A DNA stretch of 63,625 bases, counting the filler, from Chiloscyllium plagiosum (taxonomy: Eukaryota): assembly GCF_004010195.1 (NCBI RefSeq). It is 7 parts of 2 records of this genome, joined end to end, with 100 filler letters (N's around TTAATTAATTAA, not from the genome) between each part and the next. Parts side by side here need not be neighbours in the genome. Positions count along the whole stretch, not along the records: positions 29,813 to 52,681 come from NC_057715.1; positions 52,782 to 62,454 come from NC_057715.1; 5 more parts are not named here. The stretch is one strand, 5' to 3'. A model generated the notes under the pieces. That model ran no database searches. It worked only from the letters and a program-made list of their open reading frames with translations, and had not been told where the DNA came from. This document shows, piece after piece, positions 49,690 through 61,130 of the stretch (the first letter of the stretch is position 1; every line of letters begins with the position of its first letter). Position numbers and translations under genes: made by a program.

Positions 49690-52681
49690 CAAAAGTGAGA
49701 GAAGACCCAAGTGTTAAAGGTCAAGATGTAATCCAAGATAGAGGACGGGAAAGATTTCTGGCTGTAACAGCTGCTCCTTTTTTGAGTTATTTTAGGTGGA
49801 GGTGATTTCCTTGAATTCCAGGAGCAGCAATGACTGTTTTATATGGTGTTGCATTTTTTTCCCAAAGTTCCAAAACAGTCCAAACAACAGTAGTTGTAAA
49901 TGGTGAGGTCACTGTGTGGAGAGAGCGAGAGCGAGAGCCTGCACAGTTACTACCTCTGCTGTTTGAAGTAATGTATCGCTGGACATCAGAGTGCATCTGG
50001 GAAAATTAACAAACAGTCAAATTCACAACTGATCTTGGAGAAACTGTTGGGTGAAGTTCACAGCACAGAATCAGGTAAGTTAATTATTGTCTTAAGTGTG
50101 GCCTACAGAGAATCTGCAGTAGTGAGTAGAATGGGTTCTTTCTTGATTATGTTTTTGGAGATATGTCTCTTGATTAAATTTAAAATATAAGCCATAACTA
50201 GGAATTTAACCTGGGGCAGTGTTTGTAGAGGAATAAGACGGTGTTATTTTCTGGGTCTGCAGATTGTGAAGGAGCAAATATGGCCTTTAGTAGATTAGAT
50301 TAGATTACTTTACAGTGTGGAAACAGACCCTTAGGCCCAACAAGTCCACACCGACCCGCCGAAGCGCAAACCACCCATACCCCTACATTTACCCCTTACC
50401 TAACACTACGGACAATTTAGCATGGCCAATTCACCTGACCTGCACATCTTTGGACTGTGGGAGGAAACCGGAGCACCCGGAGGAAACCCATGCAGACACG
50501 GGGAGAATGTGCAAACTCCACACAATCAGTCGTCTGAGGCGGGAATTGAACCCGGGTTTCTGGCGCTGTGAGGCAGCAGTACTAACCACTGTGCCACCGT
50601 GCCGCCCTCGAGTAATGTGTACTTAGAACATAGAAAAGTACAGCACAGAACAGGCCCTTTGGCCCACAATGTTGTGCCGAGATTTAATCCTAATGTAAAA
50701 TATAGTAACAAACTACGTACCCCTCAACTCACTGTTATCCATGTGCATGTCCAGCAGACACTTAAATGTCCCCAATGACTCTGCTTTCACCACCACCGCT
50801 GGTAACGCATTCCATGCATTCACAACTCTGTAAAAAACCTACCTCTGACGTCTCCTTTATAGCTTCCTCCTAACATCTTCAAACTATGACTTCTTGTACC
50901 AGTCAATCCTGCCCTGGGGAAAAGTCTCTGGCTATTCCTCTCATTATTTTGTGCACCTCGATCAGGTCTCCTCTTTTCCTCCTTCTCTCCAGAGAGAAAA
51001 GTCCGAGCCTTTTCAAACTTTCTTCATAAGGCAAGTCCTCCAGTCCAGGCAACATCCTGATAAACCTTCTTTGCACCCTCTCCAAAGCCACTGTATCTTT
51101 CCTATAGTAGGGCGACCAGAACTGGAGCTGAAAATGTGTTGCTAGAAAAGCGCTGCAGGTCAGGCAGCATCCAAGAAGCAGGAGAATCGACATTTCGGGC
51201 ATGAGCCCTTCTTCAGTTCCGACCAGAACCAGTCACAATATTCTAAGTGTGGCCTCACCAGGGACTTGGACAGCTGCAGCATAACCTCACGGCTCAAACT
51301 CTACCCCCCTGTTGATGAAAGCCAAAACACCATATGCTTTCTTAACAAGCCTATCCACTTGGGTGGCAACTTTGAGGGATCTATGTACTTGCACACCCAG
51401 ATCCCGCTGTTCCTCCACACTGCCAAGAATCCTGTCTTTAATCCTATATTCAGCATTTGAGTTCCAAAATGCATCACTTCGCATTTATCTAGGTTGAACT
51501 TCTTGTCGGATGTGGGAGTTTAAAGAGAGTTTAAGGATTACTGCGGATTATATCTGCCATAAATGCTGTTGGCTGCAAATCTTATCAGATTGAATGGATC
51601 GGTTGGAGAGACAGTTAGAAGCAATGAGGAATTTGCAATAGCAACAGTATGTGATGGATGGCAGTTATAGGAAGAGGGGAAAGTCTCAGATACAATCACA
51701 TTGATGGGTTAACTCCAGGAAGGGTAAGAGAGGTAGGCAGCTAGTGCAGGAGTCTTTTGTGGATATACCCATTTCAAACAGGTATGCTGTTGCAGAAAAT
51801 GTAGGGGGTGATGGATTCTCAGGGGAATGTAGCACGAACAGCCAAGTTTCTGGTATTGAGACTGGCTCTAATGTAACGAGGGGTACGTCGGGTTCCAAGA
51901 GATCAATTGTGTTAGGGGATTCTCTAGTCCGAGGTCGAGACAGATGTTTCTGTGGCCAGCAGACATTTCTGTTGCTTCCCTGGTGCCAGGATCAAGGATG
52001 GCTCAGAGAGGGTGCAGAATGTTCTCATGGGGGAGAGGGGCCAGCAGGAGGTCATTGTCTACATTGGAACCAATGACATTGGAAGGGAAAAGGTTGAGAT
52101 TCTGGAGGGAGATTACAGAGAGTTAGGCAGAAATTTAAAAAGGGAGATCCTCATGAGTAGTAATATCTGGATTACTCCCAGTGCTACGAGCTGGTGAGGG
52201 CAGGAATAGGAGGATAGAGCAGATGAATGCATGGCTGAGGAGCCTGCGTATAGGAGAAGGATTCACGTTTTTGGATGATTGGAATCTCTTTTGGGGTAGA
52301 AGTGACCTCTACAAGAAGGACGGATTGCACCTGAATTGGAATGGGGCTAATATACTGGCAGGGAAATTTGCTAGAACTGCTCAGGAAGATTTAAACTAGT
52401 AAGGTGGGGGGGATGGGGACCCATGGAGATAGTGAGGAAAGAGATCAATTTGAGACTGGTACAGTTGAGAACAGAAGCGAGTCAAACAGTCAGGGCCAAG
52501 TTAGGACTAATAAATTATACTGCATTTATTTCAATGCAAGGGGCCTAACAGGGAAGGCAGATGAACTCAGGGCATGGTTAGGAACATGGGAATGGGATAT
52601 CATAGCAATTACAGAAACATGGCTCAGGGATGGGCAGGACTGGCAGCTTAATGTTCCAGGGTACAAATGTTACATGAAGGA
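49690..52681 (+). mobile_element. 5' half of a CR1 LINE (5' UTR, ORF1 Zn-finger/leucine zipper + SGNH esterase, start of ORF2), interrupted by nested insertions
   Basis: IVLGDSLVRG, FPGARIKD, VYIGTNDIG, YKKDGLHLN (GDSL/SGNH blocks). CIYFNARGL..DIIAITETWL marks the APE start. The 5' boundary is approximate. Confidence 0.88.
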
Positions 52682-53394
52682 NNNNNNNNNNNNNNNNNNN
52701 NNNNNNNNNNNNNNNNNNNNNNNNNTTAATTAATTAANNNNNNNNNNNNNNNNNNNNNNNNNNNNNNNNNNNNNNNNNNNNTTTTGCCAGTTTCCTCATT
52801 TCCCCTCCCCCCATCTTGTCTCAGTCCCAACCCTCGAACTCAGCACCGCCTTCCTAACCTGCAATCTTCTTCCTGACCTCTCCGCCCCCACCCCCACTCC
52901 AGCCTATCACCCTCACCTTAACCTCCTTCCACCTATCGCATTTCCAACGCCCTTCCTCCAAGTCCCTCCTTTTTATCTTAGCCTGCTTGGCACACTTTCC
53001 TCATTCTTGAAGAAGGGCTCATGCCTGAAATGTCGATTCTCCTGCTCCTTGGATGCTGCCTGACCTGCTGCAACACATTTTCAGCTCTGATCTCCAGCAT
53101 CTGCAGTCCTCACTTTTTCCTGTAGACTAAGTTACACCTTTATGGAGTTCAAGATCCCAAATGCTTTGCTAACTCCACTAATGAATTCCCTCTGTTCCTA
53201 CACTCTTTACACCTGTGTCATTTAAGGCCCTACAAAAACATTATCCACTTCCCTGCATTAAAATTCTTTAATTAGTGGCCATAGGATCTTTCATATACAT
53301 GAGGGGACAGACGCAACTTTAGTAGAAAGATGCATCTCCACAACTAAAGCATTGCCTCAGTACCACAACAAAGTAACTGTTCACTGCTATATTG

Positions 53395-53403
53395 AAAGGA
53401 TAT
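53395..53403 (-). other. SPCS2: U12-type (AT-AC) 5' splice site ATATCCTTT of SPCS2 intron 3
   Basis: Exact minor-spliceosome donor consensus at the point where SPCS2 homology ends. There is no GT donor at this position. Confidence 0.9.
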
Positions 53404-53564
53404 GAAAGGACACAACCTGCAAGGACACTCTTCGACTCAGGAAAAGGGTGCATGTAGTCCCAAATTAGTGCAATTATTGCAAAGACACAGGAAATTGTGC
53501 AAATGAGGAGTCGCCCATCGATCAGTCCATAATTCTCCTCATACCCGTACTTCTCCAAAAGGAC
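53404..53564 (-). CDS. SPCS2: Signal peptidase complex subunit 2, exon 3: [53 protein letters not shown](S)
   Basis: Minus strand gttag|GTC...CTTTC|ATATCCTTT, 161 nt. Contains the DGRL..C...[14 protein letters not shown]25 motif. Confidence 0.95.
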
Positions 53565-54975
53565 CTAACAAGAAATAAAAACGATGAAAATTATTGAATC
53601 AAGAGCAAATGTATGTCAAAGATTAAATCATACTATCTCTCTGGACATTAATGTAATGTTAAAGGGTTAAACTGTACTGCCGTTCTCCAAGAAGCTGAAC
53701 ATTCTGGAAGTGGGTGGGGGTGACATGCATGCAGGAATGTGGATGACCCACACTTCATTTGGGCAAAGTTAGAAATCACACATCACCAGGTTATCGCCCA
53801 ACAGGTTTATTTGGAAGCATTAGCTTTCGAGGTGCTGTTCCTTCATCAGGTGGTCTGGGTACCCGCAAGCATTACCAACTGGCCTGTACAAAGGGGATGT
53901 ATTTCCTTTGTTTGGGGCTCATTTGACTCGACTTTGCATGCTGCTGTAGAAATGCATCTTTCTACTGAAGTTGCGTCTGTCCCCTCATGTATATGAAAGA
54001 TCCTATGGCCACTAATTAAAGAATTTTAATGCAGGGAAGTGGATCGGGAGTAGATGCTCATCGGTAATTGTCCAGGTATAGTTTGTATCTTTCCAATGGA
54101 AGTCATGGTCTTGAAGCGTTAATTCTGTTTCTATCTGCAGATGTTGCCTGGCCTGCTGCATACTTTTCAACATTTACTGTTTTATCTCTTTATTGTGTAT
54201 ATAGACGTTAGGTTCTTTTCCTGAGGTTTCACGCGCAAGGTGCACACACCAACCTCTGCAAACAGTTCAAGTTTATTATAGCCTGTACAAGCTAGGTGAC
54301 CTCTTTGACAGACTTTGCATGCTGTCAAAGAGGTCACCTTAGATCCCCCCGCCCCACCCAAGAGTGCAGAACTCAATTGCTAGGGGTCACGAGTTCAAAG
54401 TGGGAGGGCAAGGTTCAGGGAAGATATGCATGAAAAGTTCTTTATGCAGAGGGTGGGGAGGACCTGGAATGCGTTGCCAGCGGAGTTGGTAGAGGCAGAA
54501 ACAATAGCGTCATTTAAGACATATCAGATACACAATTGGGCAGGGAGCCAAGGGATACAGATCTTTAGAAAATAGGCAGGTTTAAATAGAGGATCTGGAT
54601 CAGTGCAGGCTTAGAGGGCCGAAAGGTCTGTTCTTGCGCTGTAAATTTCTTTGTTCTTAAGAGACAACTGGTGGTAAGAATAGCCAACAGTCTCCACACC
54701 TCAGAAAAGAGGCAAGGTGGAGAATGCAGAGATTTTGCAGTGACCTCAGCCAGTAAGGGAACTAAATCTGCGTTGTCAGCCTCACTCTGCATTGCAAACC
54801 AGCCATCTAGCCAACAGAGGTAATAAACCCCCAAACAAAACAAAGTTATCAGTAAAAACAGGTTGTCTTACAACTTCAAACCCAATGTGTAATGATTAGA
54901 AGATTGCCATGGTTTGGCAGGGGATGCAATTAGCTGTAAACAAATGGCAAAGATTCCATTCTGCTATTATCTTAC

Positions 54976-55059
54976 CTTTTTAGCAGCATCGTCCAAAGCA
55001 TTTTTCACAGCTGCACCATCCCACTTGTCAATCTTAATTGGCTTGTCATCGATCTTCCA
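54976..55059 (-). CDS. SPCS2: SPCS2 exon 2: WKIDDKPIKIDKWDGAAVKNALDDAAKK
   Basis: Minus strand ttcctag|TGG...AAG|gtaaga, 84 nt. Confidence 0.96.
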
Positions 55060-57169
55060 CTAGGAAAAAGTGAGACCCAGAAACAAAATCAGCCCATCAC
55101 AGCTGGGCAGATACTTTAAAAGAGCTACCCATTTAGTCACATTCACCTGGCTTCTTCTCATCTGCTCTTTACAAACTTTATCTGTTTCCTTTAGAAATAT
55201 TCCACTTTTTAAAAAAATCCACTGCTCGTGACAGCATTCTATCTTTTCAGACATTCCCTTTCTTTTTGATAAGATTCAGGGTCCCCATTATTGGTTCAGT
55301 GAGAGTAGTTGTTTCCCTATTATAGATAATCATTAAGTTTCGACATCTGATGGTCTCCTAACACTTTCATCCCCACTGTTTTAAGAAAGGGGGTAATTTC
55401 TCAAATGGCATGTCTTAATGTGTTAGCATCTCTGATGAACCCTGTCCATGGCTTTTCTTGATGCCTCCAGTTACCTGCCCCCTAAGCACTGTCTCACTCA
55501 CCATAACACCAGCCTTACACCCCCCCCAATCTTTGCTGGTTCAGTTGTTCAGTTTGTCATGCATCCACTCATTTCCAGTAGTGTGCTTTAACTTTTTTTA
55601 TTCTCCTGCTCAGCGAATTGCTTGTTGCTCAATTTGAGTTTTCCAACAGCCCAGACCTAAAGACTATTGGCTGAGCAGAAGAGGACAAATGTATTAAGCA
55701 AAGTTCTGAATATGAATAACAGGAAAATTGCAAACTAAACGATATCAGTAAATAGAATTGCGAGCTCAAGTTTATAACTCTGCACATAATTTGTTAAAAA
55801 TCATTTAACTGAAACCAAGAAATAAAGTGCCTTCTTCAGTATCTGAAAATGTTTGAAACGAACAAGGGGACACTAAACTGAGAGATTATCCTTTTAGGAC
55901 AGAAAAAATTTGTTTCTCTGAGGGTTGTGCAACTTCAGCACACTGCTTCAGAAGATACTGGAGGCATTCATTGAATCTACCTCTGCCTTAAAAATATTCA
56001 TTCTTTTAAATCGGGGAAATCAAACAATTACAAGGGTAAATGAAAATGGGGAATTCAAAACAAAATGACCAGCCTTGGTCTTAAATGACAGGTCAACCTC
56101 AAAAGGCCAAATGACCTACTCCTGTGAATGCACATATATGCAGCCCTAAGCAAAAGTGAGGACTGCAGATGCTGGAGATTAGAGTCAAGTGTGGTGCTTG
56201 CTGGAAAAGCTTAACAGATCAGACAGCACCTGAGGAGCAGGAGAATCGATAATAATTCAGGCAAAAGCCCTTCATTGGGGTTTTGTTGGAACAGAAATCT
56301 GACTTTTCTGTTCTCAGAAGTTAACATTTGCTGCACATCTTCAACTTATTTCCCATACTCAACGTGTTATTCTACCAGCTGGGCTAGAGAGATCGGAGTG
56401 AATTAACTATATGAATTGTCACAATAACATTTATTCAGCACTTAAATGTAATAGAACACCCCAACTACAAAACAAAAGCTACCACCGCAGATGGAGATAT
56501 TTAGGTAAATGGAAATAAACAGGCTTTAAGGAGATCCCCAAAGTAGGAAAACAAGTTAGAAACTTGAACAAATTACAGAATTTAGTGCCTGAGAAACTGA
56601 ACGAACAATGGCAGGGTAATTAAAATTAGAGATGCTCAAGAGACCAGAATTAGGAATATTAGGTTTGCAAAACCATGAGGTTACATACAGGAAGGGATAC
56701 AGTTAAGAAATTTCAAAACAAAGATGAGAACTTTTAAATTGAAGTGCTACCTGACTGGTTAGCACGTCAGCAAGCACAGTGCTGACAAACATTACTGCAA
56801 ATTCAGGCACAAACGGCATAGATAATTAACAGGCAGTTAAACTTACGAGTTATTTTACTTAAAAAAGGGTCTTTATTTCCTCAAACATGCAAATACTGTG
56901 TATAAAAAAAAACCAGAGCCATGCAACACCTCTAAGATTCACTGTCCTGCTTCAGTGAGCCTTAGAAATGTTCTGCTCACAAACACAAGATAGTGCTCAA
57001 GGTAGACGTGCGACATCGGTGCTTTCTTTATTTTTAACTGTACTGGCTTAATGCCCGCCAAGTTTGAAGAGTGTAAACATACCGCGTTGTAGAGGTCAGG
57101 AGCTACACTTTGTTAAGGATAGGTAAGGCTTATAGAGCCAGTTGACTGGATCAGTGACATATATTATGG

Positions 57170-57990
57170 TTTACCGTGAGAACACAGCTGCGGAACTGAG
57201 GAAGCGAAAGGCCACGTCGGCCATCAGCTAATCTGGAAAGGCGCCAGCCCAGAAGCCCGGACGCGGGGTGCCGCTTGAAGCTTCCCCATTGCCCTGGGCT
57301 GCAGATAGCTGCGATCGGAGCGGACTGGCAGTGACCGTCCGCCGTTACCCGCCTGAATAAAAACCCCAACTTATCGCTCTCTCCCCAACTCCCGTCGTCG
57401 AAGAGCAACCTCAACCCGATAAAACGAAGCTTCGCGAGAAAATACTTTTCACAGAGAGAGAAAGAAAATATAATTTCGTCCGTAGATTGCTGGATAGAAA
57501 AGGACGTCCACTCGACTCACTTTGGACAGAAAACCGCTTTTTCCGCTCTTCGCCGCCATCTTGTCTCCTTCGGCCGTCTGCGAAGGGGGAGGGGCCGGCT
57601 GGAATAACGGTTATGAACGCCGCGCGTGTTCACGGGATCCAGCCAATCCCAGACCGAGCCGACCCTAGTGCGTCACAGCTGAGCGCGCGGCCACATCACG
57701 GCACGTGACACGAGGTGCGATTGCGGTTGGCGAATGCGTTTGGGCCAGCCTTGGGCGGGAGGAAAGTAAGAAGAACTACATATCCCAGGGTCCATGGCGC
57801 GTGGCTCCCCATCTCCAAGGGCCGGGCCGGTCGTGCAGGGTATTGCGGGAAATGTATGCTAATGTCCGGAAAGGTTTGTGGGTGGTACTCGTCTTTGAAA
57901 TCTCTCCTCTCGCCCAGGCTGGATGGCGTGGTGGTTGCCATAGTGACGATAGCCAGTTGCTGAAAATTCACCATTCAGGCTAAAGCCGCG
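57170..57990. promoter_or_regulatory. CpG-island promoter of SPCS2, probably bidirectional
   Basis: Only clearly CpG-dense stretch in the window. CCAAT 57643, E-box CACGTG 57702, GC box ~57752, ZNF143/THAP11-type ACTACAnnTCCCA 57775-57787 plus an inverted weaker copy ~57834-57858, X-box GTTGCCATAGTGAC 57934-57947. Confidence 0.8.
57521..57559 (-). CDS. SPCS2: SPCS2 exon 1 coding part: MAAKSGKSGFLSK
   Basis: CAAGATGGCGGCG start context inside a CpG island. Donor AAA|gtgagt, phase 0 into exon 2. Confidence 0.88.
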
Positions 57991-59229
57991 CAATTCCAAG
58001 GCAGGATAATCATCCTCGGACAGAAAAGAAAAACATCAGCAAAGCAGCGCTGAACCTTGAAGTATAGATGGTGTCTGTCAGTCACTGCAGGTAAAGGAGG
58101 AGGTGGACAGCGTCCTGACTGTGTGCCTGGAGGAGGAATGGTTTCCTGTCATCATGTAATATAGTCTGGGAGATTTTACAAAGTCATGCGGATTATCGTG
58201 TCCACGCTGGTCATCAAAGATCCTATTCTAATCCCATTTTCCAGCATTTGGCCCTTAGCCTTGGATGCAATGGCCTTTCAAGAGGTCATCAAAATAGTTG
58301 TTCCATGTCTGAGTTTCCTTCTCAATTTCCCCCTCAATTCCTCTCCTTGTTTTGAAACTGTACCTTCTGGTATTGATTCCTCTGCTAAGGGGAAAGGTCT
58401 CCTACTATATGCTCACATCAGAACTTAGTACATCTCAATCAAATCCCTCCTCAGTCTTTTCTGCTCTAAGGTAAACAATTTCAGTCTACCTAATCTTTCT
58501 TCTTGGTTGAATTGCTCTGGATCAGGCAACATTTCTAATGTACCTCTTCTGCACCTCTAGTGCAATCACATCCTTCCTGTAGTAGTGTGGTGGTAGCCCA
58601 TTCTCTCTCTCTTCATTGTGGAAAGAAAACAAGGAAAGAGACTGGCTGGAGTACACTGCTTGGTGGCTGTGAGAAAGTCAAATTGCAGGTGCCAGCCTCC
58701 ATAAGCAGACTCGGGCCAGGGTAACTTGGATAGGAAACCACCTGTGAATAAATACCAAGTGCTGGCAGCTTTTGTTGCTAGCAGAGGTTGCAGCTGCACA
58801 GCAGTCCACAGGTGAAGGTCACTTGTCCCTCAAGACTGCTCTGCTATTCAATGGCTGATCTGACTACTCCACATTCCTACAAACTCCCTTCTCTGACAAC
58901 CTTTCACCTACTTGCTTATCAAATATATAGACAGTCAACGGTTATGTGAATTAGGTAGAAATGATCAGATCAGCTATGATATCATTGAATGACAGAGCAG
59001 ACTCAATGGGCAGAACAGGCTACTTTATTCCTACATCTTATGGTCACCTTTTCTCACTCTGCCTTTTAATTGACAGACAGACATGTTGCTGCTTTTTTTG
59101 TCCTTTTGTCTTTCCTTGACCATTCAGTGCCTCAAATCTGCTTAATTATACAATTAGCCTGTGATTCCTATGTACCTGAGCTCCACTTATGCAGCCTTTG
59201 AGTATCATGACTTTATGTACTTTCGACAG

Positions 59230-61130
59230 CTTTCACTAAATTGAAGGCAATAAGTCAAATTATGATATTGTTGCTTTTACAGAAGGATGTGAAAAAGGGA
59301 CAGGATTGGCAGCTTAATGTTCCATGTATCATTGTTTTAGAGGCCGGAAGCAAAAGAAATGGGGAATTGTATTACTAGTTAGGAGTGTATCACAGCTGTG
59401 TTGAGAGAGGACAAGGGATCCTGCAGCAAGACATTTTGGAAGAGCTCAGGAATAGGAAAGGTGCAAACACAATGCTGGGATTGCACTACAAACTTCCCAG
59501 CTGCCAGTGGGAGATAGAGGAAGAGATATGTAGTCAGATTCTGGAAAAACGTGAAAATACCAGGGATATTGTGGTGGGTGATTTTAACTTCCCCCATATT
59601 AGTTGGGACTCCCTTAGTGTTAGAGGTTTAGATCAAATTGAGATCAATTTGTTAGGGTGTCCAGGAGTGAGTTTTAAAACATTATGTGAATAGGCCCAAT
59701 GAGGGAGGTTGCTGTACTGGACCAGGTATTGGGAAATGAGCCTGGTCAGGTGATTAAAGTTTCAATGGCAGAGCATTTTGGGAATAGTGACCATAATTCT
59801 GTAAGTTTTTGAATGCTTATGGATAAGGACAAAAGTGGACTTTGGATGAAGATATTAAATTGGAGGAAGGCCAACTATAACTGAATTATGCAAGAATTGA
59901 AGAATGTAGATTGGGAGTGGCTGTTTGAAGGTAAATCCACATCAGAGTCTTTTAAAGATCAATTGATTAGAGTGTAGGACATGTATGTTCCTGTGAAAAT
60001 GAAGGACAGGAATGGCAGGATTCAGGAACCTTGGATGATAGGAAAAATTGTCAGTTTAGTCAAAAAAAAGAAAGCATACCTAAGGTCTAGGTGACTAAAA
60101 ACAGACAGAGTTCTTGAAAAATATAGAGAAGGTAGGAAGGAGCTCAAATGGGGAGTTAAGAGGGCTAAAAGTGGCAGTGAAATGTCCTTAGCCAGCAGGG
60201 TTAAGGAGAATCCTGAGACATTTTATATATAAGGAGCAAGAGGGTAGCTATGGAAATAGTAGGCCCACGCAAGGATAAAGGAGGGAGATTATGTGTGGAG
60301 CCAGACGAAATTGCGTGAGATCCTTAATGAGTATTTTACATCAGTATTTACTAAAGAACGGGACATAAGGGATGTTGAGGTTAGGAAAAGTGTGCGAATA
60401 CTCTGGGGCAGGTCAACATAAGGAAGGAGGAAGTGTTAGGTGTCTTGAAATGCATTAAGATAGATAAGTCCTCAGGGCCAGATGGGATCTATCTGGATTA
60501 CTGTGGGAGGCAAGGGAGGAAGTAGCTGGGGCCTTAACAGATCTTTGTAACCTGTTTGGCCTTGGGCAAGGTTTCAGAGAACTGGAGAATGGCCAATGTT
60601 GTTCCTTTGTTTAAAATGGGAAACAGAGATAATCCATGTAATTGCAGGCTGGTGAGGCTCACGTCAGTGGTGGGGAATCTGTTGGAGAAGATACTGAGAG
60701 ATAGGATTTATTCACATTAGGAAGCGAATGGACTTGTTAGAATTAGAATTAGGATTTATGTCATGTGTATTCAAGTGTAAAATACAGGAATATAATGAAA
60801 AGTGTACAATGTTGCCACACATAGCAAAGTACCTAGTTACAAATCTTAGGTACTAAAATAGATCAGGTACAAAAATAGAGAAATAAAGAAAAAAACTAAA
60901 AGTTCTACATTGCAGGTCTTCATAGAATAAATTAGGAAAATATGGAAATAAAATTAAAGGATAGACCTTACAGTCCTTCACTAGCCTGCAATTGTTCCAT
61001 GCTGGAGGCTTTCCACATGTGGTCTCACTCTCCCCCACACTGAGCTAAAGGTTTGTGCGGGGAATGTCGTGTCTCACCACCTCGATTGAGTCTTTTGAAG
61101 AGGTGACAAGAATGATTGATGAGAAGCATA
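59230..61130 (+). mobile_element. Degenerate CR1 LINE ORF2
   Basis: VVGDFNFPHISW, EHFGNSDHNS, KSSGPDGI, WRMANVVPLFK, with many stops and frameshifts. Confidence 0.88.

Larger units (their letters stand above)
53243..54044. repeat. 93-bp near-perfect inverted repeat (arms 53243-53335 and 53952-54044) flanking SPCS2 exon 3
   Basis: Manual alignment of arm 1 with the reverse complement of arm 2 gives 92/93 identity. Confidence 0.93.

Noticed and set aside
51744..52399. GDSL/SGNH esterase-like peptides as a host or horizontally acquired enzyme
   Set aside because: They are frameshifted and directly followed by APE endonuclease, which is the known esterase domain of CR1 ORF1.
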